Origin: a virus
Virus record (IMG/VR): IMGVR_UViG_3300042114_000045
Location: 1-64,000 of that record
DNA length: 64,000 nucleotides
Reading direction: 5' to 3' (one strand)
Below the pieces are notes generated by a model. It had not been told where the DNA came from, ran no database searches, and saw nothing but the letters and a program-made list of their open reading frames with translations. The translations under genes were made by a program, and so were the position numbers. Below are positions 57,413 to 64,000 of this stretch, one piece after another (the first letter of the stretch is position 1; every line of letters begins with the position of its first letter).

Positions 57413-59266
57413 ATGATTAGAGAATATCTTAGTGAAAAACTAACAGCAGAGGTTAAAAGCCTATTGGACTTCGAATCAGAAACAACACAACATATGATAA
57501 AAGCAATGGAAAAAGGTGTACTATACGGTACAAACACTATAAGCTTACCTTACTTCAGTGAGATAAATCCAATACTAGTAAAAGATATAACATATATATT
57601 TACTAAACTTGGAATATCAACAGTAAGAGCTAATAGTAAATTTGCAGAGATGTCATTCAACACAGGATTACTTGACCAAACTAAACTACAAGAGTGGAGA
57701 AGAAGAGTAAAACTGGAAAAATTCACAATGAGATTAGATACTAAAGACTATGAAACAGATTTAGTTAAACGAAATGTGGTAATAACTACGGGAGGGTTAG
57801 ATAGACCAGGTATGATGGCAACAGCTAAGAATACATTCCAAATAGATGTACCTTATATGTTAAAATATAGAAGAGCTATTAAACAAAACCTTGTAAAGTC
57901 TATCAAAACTATGGTAGAGAAAAAGCAAATAACAACTGTGTTCTTCAAAGATGAAGCATCTTATCTTGAGATAGCAGAGCTATGTCTAGTAGAGTATGCA
58001 GATGGTAGTAAGATATACAACTCAGAGTACAATGTACAAGACCAAAGAGGTAGAGCTATTAAAGCTGTACTAAAACGAATTGGTAACTACATTAGTAGTA
58101 AAGACTTTAGAGCATTACTTAAAGTACCAAGAAGTGCAGGTGCAATAGCAGTTCATAAAGAGAACGATAATGCATTAAACGATATCTATTACTTCATAGC
58201 AGAGCTAACAGGTAATAAGTGTATTGGGTTAACAGAAGCTGATAAAATCAGAGCTGGTAAATTAGCATATACTAATAGAGTATTGCCAAGATTAGACCTT
58301 AAATCTACTGAAGGTAGAGATGAGTTACACGAGTTAATATGGCTAGAGAGAATCTACGATAAGCTAGATAGATTGAATAAAATAGGTGTAGTACTATGGG
58401 ATATACCATTAGAAATAGACCATTCAATGTCATTAGCACAAATAGTTGGTGCATTAACAAATGATAAAAGAGTACTTGAATCAACTTGTGTAATAGGAGA
58501 TAAATTATCAGACCCTTGGTTTATCAATGGGGTAAAGAGAATTACCGCTAAAACAGTTGGTACACCAGTATTCTACGGTTCATCTAAATCAGCAGTAGCC
58601 TTAGTGAAAGGTAAGAAATTACTTAGAACACAAAACCTACCAGAGACAGCTACGGAAAAAGAGATAGAAGAAGCAAAAAGGCTAGACAAGCTAGAACTAG
58701 CATTGTTGAAGAAAGAATTTGCAACAGGTAGATTCTCTATCCTTAAACAGTTCAAAGACTTACTAATCCAAAACTACGGTATTCATACACCAGTAGTACA
58801 TATTGATTTAGGTATAACAAACTTTGAGATACACACTAACAAATGGAAACCAGCAGGTACAACATTAGTATGTACAGAAGTATTTGATGGTAAGAAATGG
58901 GTTAGAGTATTTACACATAAAGTAAACTACATACCTGATTACGATAAAATGAAAACATTTTGGGCTACTTGTCTAGTACATCATCTAGACTCAGACTTAA
59001 TGGAACATAACCTAGTACACAATTCACAATATTGGGCACTAGATATACACGATGCGATTCTATGCTTACCAGGTCAAGCTAGAATATTCAGAGAATCAGC
59101 ATCAAGAAGACTTAAATACTATAACACAAATAGAAAACTAATACTTAATAGTTATATGATATCTATTGGTGCAATAACGGATAAGGCTTATAATCAATTG
59201 CTAAAACTATTAGCAAGTGTTGTTGAAGCTGAAGACTTAGAATTCAGTAGAAACTGTATGAAATAA
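57413..59266 (+). CDS. Single-subunit T7/N4-RNAPII-like DNA-dependent RNA polymerase
   Basis: DQRGR, motif A PLEIDHSMS, motif B RITAK.......YG, HHLDS, motif C IHDA. Confidence 0.85.
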   Translation: MIREYLSEKLTAEVKSLLDFESETTQHMIKAMEKGVLYGTNTISLPYFSEINPILVKDITYIFTKLGISTVRANSKFAEMSFNTGLLDQTKLQEWRRRVKLEKFTMRLDTKDYETDLVKRNVVITTGGLDRPGMMATAKNTFQIDVPYMLKYRRAIKQNLVKSIKTMVEKKQITTVFFKDEASYLEIAELCLVEYADGSKIYNSEYNVQDQRGRAIKAVLKRIGNYISSKDFRALLKVPRSAGAIAVHKENDNALNDIYYFIAELTGNKCIGLTEADKIRAGKLAYTNRVLPRLDLKSTEGRDELHELIWLERIYDKLDRLNKIGVVLWDIPLEIDHSMSLAQIVGALTNDKRVLESTCVIGDKLSDPWFINGVKRITAKTVGTPVFYGSSKSAVALVKGKKLLRTQNLPETATEKEIEEAKRLDKLELALLKKEFATGRFSILKQFKDLLIQNYGIHTPVVHIDLGITNFEIHTNKWKPAGTTLVCTEVFDGKKWVRVFTHKVNYIPDYDKMKTFWATCLVHHLDSDLMEHNLVHNSQYWALDIHDAILCLPGQARIFRESASRRLKYYNTNRKLILNSYMISIGAITDKAYNQLLKLLASVVEAEDLEFSRNCMK

Positions 59267-59310
59267 CGGAGAGGTATAAAAGCCTCTCTAACTTAACTAA
59301 AGGATAGCAG

Positions 59311-59619
59311 ATGGCTAACAGATACACAGCAACAGTCAGTACGGAGTACAGAGATACTCATACCAGCTCACCTAGAGTATGCATTAATAATGTAATGAAT
59401 CTTGAGACAGGAGAAGTATTCAGAGACGGACATACTTGGATACCATTAACAGATGAAATCAGAGGTATGGTACGAAGTAACCTAGAGTTTGCTAGAATAA
59501 CATTTATAGCAGATGTAAGAGAGTATAAAACTAGAGGACCAATTAAGGAATCATTATTCAATGTAAATGGGTTAACTAAAATAGGTAACTCAGTTAGAAA
59601 ACCAAGAAGAGCGAAGTAA
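59311..59619 (+). CDS. Hypothetical protein (possible OB fold)
   Basis: AAGGA SD; DGHTW and F.A.V.EY motifs. Confidence 0.6.
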   Translation: MANRYTATVSTEYRDTHTSSPRVCINNVMNLETGEVFRDGHTWIPLTDEIRGMVRSNLEFARITFIADVREYKTRGPIKESLFNVNGLTKIGNSVRKPRRAK

Positions 59620-59662
59620 TGGCTATACCGTAATGGTATGGCTAACTCTTTTTTTTTTTTTT
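59620..59662 (+). terminator. Intrinsic terminator ending the early unit
   Basis: TGGCTATACCG-TAA-TGGTATGGCTA followed by a long T run. Confidence 0.7.
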
Positions 59663-59783
59663 CTATCCTTTTTTTAAAGGAAATATGATATATATTTTTT
59701 AAAGGAAATACGATAAAACTGTTGTATTGTTCTACTTAACTGTTTGGATAATACTGAAATTTAAACTACTAAAGGAGTTAGAA

Positions 59784-60026
59784 ATGATACAAATTATAAT
59801 AAATGGAGAAACAACACCTATCGGTAAACCATTACCTGAAAAAATAGAAGCATTAACTGTTGTTAATATAGTTAATCATCTTCAACCACCGATTATAGTA
59901 CCAGCTGAACAAGCTATACTGATTGATAAATGGTTAAAAGAGATGATAGGAAAATGTGTATGTGAGTATGCGATGTACAACGGAACCTTTGTAACATTAG
60001 AAGAAATTAGGGAAACTATTAAGTAG
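59784..60026 (+). CDS. Hypothetical protein
   Basis: AAGGAG SD before the ATG at 59784. Confidence 0.6.
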   Translation: MIQIIINGETTPIGKPLPEKIEALTVVNIVNHLQPPIIVPAEQAILIDKWLKEMIGKCVCEYAMYNGTFVTLEEIRETIK

Positions 60027-60110
60027 TAATAGTAGTAAACTGTACATACACTACTCTTTTTAAAAATACCTAATTTTTACATACGTCAGTATACACCAAA
60101 ATGAGGTAAT

Positions 60111-60473
60111 ATGGAAATAGTGATAGTTCTTTTTTTCGTTGGTTGTGCCATTGCATTATACAATGAAAGTACTAAGTATAGCAAAGAAAAACCTGCACCC
60201 AAATTCGATAAAGGACTATATAGAATTGCTAGTATAGATTATAAGATGTATATTATGTCACCAGAATGGTACGCAAAAAAGATACAAAGATTAGTACTAG
60301 ACAACTATACCTGTCAACGATGTGGAAGTAAAGAATTCTTAGAGGTTCATCATAAAACCTACGAGAATTTAGGTAAAGAACAAATGGAAGATTTAGCTAC
60401 GGTGTGTAGAACTTGTCATCAAGCAATACACGATAAGTATGGAAGGAAAGGGAATTACTTTCCACTAAACTAA
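60111..60473 (+). CDS. HNH endonuclease with an N-terminal hydrophobic segment
   Basis: CQRCG...LEVHH.TY.......L..VC..CH..IH. Confidence 0.8.
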   Translation: MEIVIVLFFVGCAIALYNESTKYSKEKPAPKFDKGLYRIASIDYKMYIMSPEWYAKKIQRLVLDNYTCQRCGSKEFLEVHHKTYENLGKEQMEDLATVCRTCHQAIHDKYGRKGNYFPLN

Positions 60474-60493
60474 AATAAAAGGAAAAACAAAAC

Positions 60494-60748
60494 ATGAGAA
60501 AAGTATTATTAACAATAGCGGTATTAGCTACGATGGCTCAAGCTGGATGGATTACATCAGTGCAATCATACAATGATCCAGAGGTAAAAACAAAAAAGAA
60601 CTCTTTAGATACTTATGGTCAAAACCCAAGAATGTATCAATTCGATACTGATTTTATGCATTGTGTTATTGTGTACACAGAACAAGACTTAGGAGAAAAA
60701 AACGCTAAATCAACTGCTCCAGTTATGCAATGTATTACTAAAAAATAA
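60494..60748 (+). CDS. Small secreted protein (signal peptide)
   Basis: MRKVLLTIAVLATMAQA; two Cys. Confidence 0.6.
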   Translation: MRKVLLTIAVLATMAQAGWITSVQSYNDPEVKTKKNSLDTYGQNPRMYQFDTDFMHCVIVYTEQDLGEKNAKSTAPVMQCITKK

Positions 60749-60757
60749 GGAAAAATA

Positions 60758-61753
60758 ATGACATCATTTAGTGAAATAAGAAGTAGATGTAGTGATTTTG
60801 ATCAGCTAAACGACTATATGAGAGAGCTAGATTTACTAGATTACTTTTCAGCAGAAGACTTATTTACACACTTTGTTTATACAGGTATTACTGAACCTGA
60901 TGCATCATGCAGAACTATGTTATCTGATATATATTATAGTTTACCAGATGATGCTGAAGAACAATATCTAATACAAGGTTATCAATCTGCTATAAATAAA
61001 TTTAGAACTTTCGATGCAATGTGGGATACAATACTTGGATTAGATTTAAGTAATTTTGACTATGATGGTATTTCATATATATCAATATACTTTGAATTTG
61101 CAAATAGTGTAAAACTTGAAGCACCATTCCCTGATATGAAACGTCTATTTTTAGAGCATATTAAAAAAGAGTATGGTATTGAATTAGAAGAGGAGAACAA
61201 TGTGATTAACAGTCAAACAGGAAGATACGAAGTAGGTACACCAAAATTAGCTAGCGGTGGAATAATAGTAAATAACAACGGGAGAAAAACGATGAAACAA
61301 ACGATTATGGGATTAGGGGAACAAAATAAAGACAACGCACTTGCAGTAGCAAGAGTAACTGCTGGTAAAGCACTAAACAAAAAGTTAGTAAAACTTATTA
61401 AACCAAAACTACCATTTCCTATTAACGGTCTTGCAGACTCTGGATTTGCTCCAGTTATTATTGCTAACGCAGTTGCATTTGCAATTAAACAATACACAAC
61501 AAATGAAAGAGCAAACACTATAGCCGACTTAATGCTAGAAGCAGCAGCGTTTCAATTAGCAGGTTCATTCAATCTTGATGATATGCTTGAAGATTTGATT
61601 GATGGTATTGCATTACCAGGTGCTGTAGCTACGGTAGATTTGAATGCTATGTCTGTTACCGACTTAAAAACATTAGCTAAAACTAACAATATTGATATTG
61701 CTGGTTTAACTTCTAAAGCAGAAATTAGAGACGCTGTTAAAGCAGCTATCTAG
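60758..61753 (+). CDS. Hypothetical protein with a C-terminal Rho-N/HeH-like domain; possible internal start at 61292
   Basis: DLNAMSVTDLKTLAK...I.....KAEI; GGAG SD before the internal MKQ. Confidence 0.6.
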   Translation: MTSFSEIRSRCSDFDQLNDYMRELDLLDYFSAEDLFTHFVYTGITEPDASCRTMLSDIYYSLPDDAEEQYLIQGYQSAINKFRTFDAMWDTILGLDLSNFDYDGISYISIYFEFANSVKLEAPFPDMKRLFLEHIKKEYGIELEEENNVINSQTGRYEVGTPKLASGGIIVNNNGRKTMKQTIMGLGEQNKDNALAVARVTAGKALNKKLVKLIKPKLPFPINGLADSGFAPVIIANAVAFAIKQYTTNERANTIADLMLEAAAFQLAGSFNLDDMLEDLIDGIALPGAVATVDLNAMSVTDLKTLAKTNNIDIAGLTSKAEIRDAVKAAI

Positions 61754-61815
61754 TACAAACGAATAGGTGAACAATAGTTCAACAAAATAATCATGATGAA
61801 GATAAGGATTGTAAA

Positions 61816-62037
61816 ATGATAACAATGAACAGAATTAGCACAGCTAAAAAATCAAAGAATGGTACACCAGTTACCTCAAGACTTGGACAAACTACTTACA
61901 CTAAAACTGTAGTAGGTGGAAATGGTATGTACGTATTTGTATACGGAGAAGGTAAAAAGAAAAAATCTGAAACTAGACATATGTCTGAGTCTCAAGCTAA
62001 TACTTATAAAGCACAACTAGAAAAAGCAGGGTACTAG
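61816..62037 (+). CDS. Small basic hypothetical protein
   Basis: AAGGA SD. Confidence 0.6.
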   Translation: MITMNRISTAKKSKNGTPVTSRLGQTTYTKTVVGGNGMYVFVYGEGKKKKSETRHMSESQANTYKAQLEKAGY

Positions 62038-62039
62038 TC

Positions 62040-62600
62040 ATGGATATTATACTAGCATTTATTGCAGGTGCAGTGTGGTATGAGTTACTATTCCTGGTAG
62101 TTCTAGGGATAGTGTTTATAGTATCAATAGCTGAAGAAAGTTCTTTCTGGTTAATTGTAGTAACGGCTCTGTACCTACTGATATTTGGACATCCACTTGA
62201 ACTGCTAGAACAATACTGGTATTATGTACCTATGTATATCGTATTAGGATTACTATGGTCTGTGTTTAAACATTCTGTTGTAGCAAAAGAGATAACAGTA
62301 AGTGCGTTTAAAAGATTCTATACAGATAAAATTATACCAGAAGAAGGTACACATCAGTATAACAAAAACAAAGAATATCTTAGTAGGGAAATTAAGGATA
62401 AGCTTGAGTATAGATCAAGTGTTGATGCAAAACTATATTGGGTACTATTATTCCCAATATCTGTAACAGGTTACTTATTTGGAGATATGCTTAAAAATAT
62501 TATCAACAAACTAGGCGTAGTTTATACCAGTATTACTAATAAGATTATTCAATCTCAATTTGATACGATATATCCAACGAAACAAAAAACAACAGTTTAA
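62040..62600 (+). CDS. Membrane protein
   Basis: Multiple TM segments. Confidence 0.65.
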   Translation: MDIILAFIAGAVWYELLFLVVLGIVFIVSIAEESSFWLIVVTALYLLIFGHPLELLEQYWYYVPMYIVLGLLWSVFKHSVVAKEITVSAFKRFYTDKIIPEEGTHQYNKNKEYLSREIKDKLEYRSSVDAKLYWVLLFPISVTGYLFGDMLKNIINKLGVVYTSITNKIIQSQFDTIYPTKQKTTV

Positions 62601-62730
62601 AAACTACGGTTGTGGTATGCATACTCCTACTGATTAACTAGACTTGAAGATAAGTCTGACCGGTACCGATCCTATTAAGTTAGGTTTAATCAATGGCTCC
62701 TCAGCATTCTCTGAGGACTAGTATATGATA

Positions 62731-62811
62731 CTGCTATACAACCTCTGGAAGCGGAGGATCTTGGAGAGACTGGGATACTGGTTGATGTTCGATTCGTCGT
62801 ATAGTAGTACA
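62731..62811 (+). ncRNA. tRNA-like element (acceptor-like stem and T-arm, no CCA)
   Basis: CTGCTATA/TATAGTAG stem; TGATG-TTCGATT-CGTCG. Confidence 0.45.
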
Positions 62812-62924
62812 ATGTACTATCTTTAACTGCTCTGGAATTGATCACTGGAGTGTCATGGAGACTTATGAACGTTAAATACGTCATTGTTTATATACCGATG
62901 AAAGCTAAATCGGTATATCTTTTA

Positions 62925-62994
62925 TGTACATTTAGCTCAGTTGGTAGAGCGTCTCGCGAGGTGTCGTTGGTTCGAGTCCAACAATGTACAACCA
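62925..62994 (+). ncRNA. tRNA-like RNA lacking an anticodon loop
   Basis: Perfect acceptor TGTACAT/ATGTACA-A-CCA, canonical D and T arms; anticodon arm reduced to TCTC-GC-GAGG. Confidence 0.75.
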
Positions 62995-63240
62995 ACATAG
63001 GTTTATATATGCAAAGTCCCGTATGAGCTCTGGCAAAAGTATGAGTAGCTTATGATACTTCGGGTTCGCTGTAAATTCTAGATCGTCTAAAGAAACACAG
63101 TAGCATCCGTACGCTCTGGATGTGAAGCAGTGCTACAGTGCTTAATCTGTAGAAGACATCTCTATATTTTGTAATTGAATAGATGAATAGGTGTGATGGT
63201 AACGAGCACCTGTAAAATAAATATCGTGCCACCTTATATA

Positions 63241-63365
63241 TGATGGTCTGGCGAAATTGGGAAACGCTTGGGTATAGATACTCATTCTGTAGGTTCGACT
63301 CCTACTAGGAATTAATTACTCCGAATATGGTAAGTTTTCAGGTTCAACTCCTGAGTCCATCATCA
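63241..63365 (+). ncRNA. tRNA-like RNA with two T-arms
   Basis: TGATGG/CCATCA stem, D arm, GTAGG-TTCGACT-CCTAC and TCAGG-TTCAACT-CCTGA. Confidence 0.55.
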
Positions 63366-63371
63366 TTTTTA

Positions 63372-63450
63372 TATAGCTATAGTTTAACTGGGTAAAACCG
63401 TCGACATTATGGAGGCAAGATATAGGTTCAAATCCTATTAGTTATGTCCA
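63372..63450 (+). ncRNA. tRNA-like RNA with an irregular anticodon arm
   Basis: Acceptor, D arm GTTT..AAAC, T arm ATAGG-TTCAAAT-CCTAT, CCA; no canonical anticodon stem-loop. Confidence 0.6.
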
Positions 63451-63572
63451 GAAGATAGAAAGATGCATTAGGTTGTGTAGAGTCTGCGGAAGCCAGAGTG
63501 TCTGGTAGTCGAATGCATAGGCTGACTCATTGGATTAATTCCAGGCAAGTTCGATTCTTGTCATCTTCACCA
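63451..63572 (+). ncRNA. tRNA-like RNA with a large internal domain
   Basis: GAAGAT/ATCTTC-A-CCA, T arm GGCAAG-TTCGATT-CTTGTC, internal ATGCATT/AATGCAT stem. Confidence 0.6.
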
Positions 63573-63578
63573 ATATAC

Positions 63579-63664
63579 GCAAGGATATAGTCACTGACAC
63601 ATATTGAAAACATAGGGCGTACAGCTACGTTCCAGAGTAAGTTTGAATCTTACACCTTGCTCCA
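63579..63664 (+). ncRNA. tRNA-like RNA
   Basis: GCAAGG/CCTTGC-T-CCA, T arm GTAAG-TTTGAAT-CTTAC; no D or anticodon consensus. Confidence 0.55.
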
Positions 63665-63939
63665 AATCTAACTTAAAGGAATATAAATGAAGTATCTACT
63701 TATACTAGCTATTATACTAATCCTATCTGGTTGCACAGAAAAAAAGATAGTGCATGTAGACCCAACAACAATAAAGTACCCTCAAATGCCAGAGTTAAAG
63801 ATTGTATGTGATAAACGTGGATACGCTTACTACAAACAATATGTATATACTGAAACATATATATATACTCCGATACTTAGGAACTATGATTCAACATATC
63901 AATTACTATGCAAAGATCTATAATGACACCTTGCTCCAA
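63652..63939 (+). repeat. 14-bp direct repeat ACACCTTGCTCCAA flanking the lipoprotein gene
   Basis: Copies at 63652-63665 and 63926-63939. Confidence 0.8.
63687..63923 (+). CDS. Small lipoprotein
   Basis: Signal peptide with lipobox LSGC; AAGGA SD. Confidence 0.7.
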   Translation: MKYLLILAIILILSGCTEKKIVHVDPTTIKYPQMPELKIVCDKRGYAYYKQYVYTETYIYTPILRNYDSTYQLLCKDL

Positions 63940-64000
63940 TGTCTTTGTAGTATATCGTAATTATACCTATTTTGTCTCATAAACGAAATAGAGAACTTGG

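Noticed and set aside
62690-63232. Short ORFs in the structured RNA region; also tmRNA or hammerhead identity
   Set aside because: No SD and overlap with tRNA-like folds; no tag reading frame or CUGAUGA/GAAA core found by eye.

Overview
This is an AT-rich fragment of an N4-like (Schitoviridae-type) phage genome. The host is probably a Campylobacterota bacterium, inferred from AAGGA Shine-Dalgarno sites and TTAAG-N11/12-TATAAT promoters. Positions 1-53.8 kb, on the minus strand, hold the late/structural arm: ejected proteins, a 2581-aa virion RNA polymerase, tail genes, major capsid, portal, lysis cassette, a large tail-fibre cluster with a glycosyltransferase, terminase and a 10-tRNA array. 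A divergent junction at about 53.8-54.3 kb (likely the genome ends) is followed on the plus strand by early genes, a compact single-chain T7-like RNA polymerase and a ~1.1-kb array of tRNA-like RNAs without normal anticodon arms. The best new-system candidate is an unannotated 33-codon leader peptide with an antiterminator/terminator pair directly upstream of the tRNA array. Its residues are almost all the amino acids of those tRNAs, suggesting an attenuator that senses tRNA depletion and switches on replacement tRNAs. Other highlights are the tRNA mimics, a small ArfA/BrfA-like peptide, Cys-studded tail fibres beside a glycosyltransferase, terminal-only cysteines in consecutive ejected proteins, a nuclease fused to the vRNAP, a degenerate ketosynthase in the tail operon and a PAS protein heading the lysis operon. 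All family calls come from motif recognition by eye; no searches were run.
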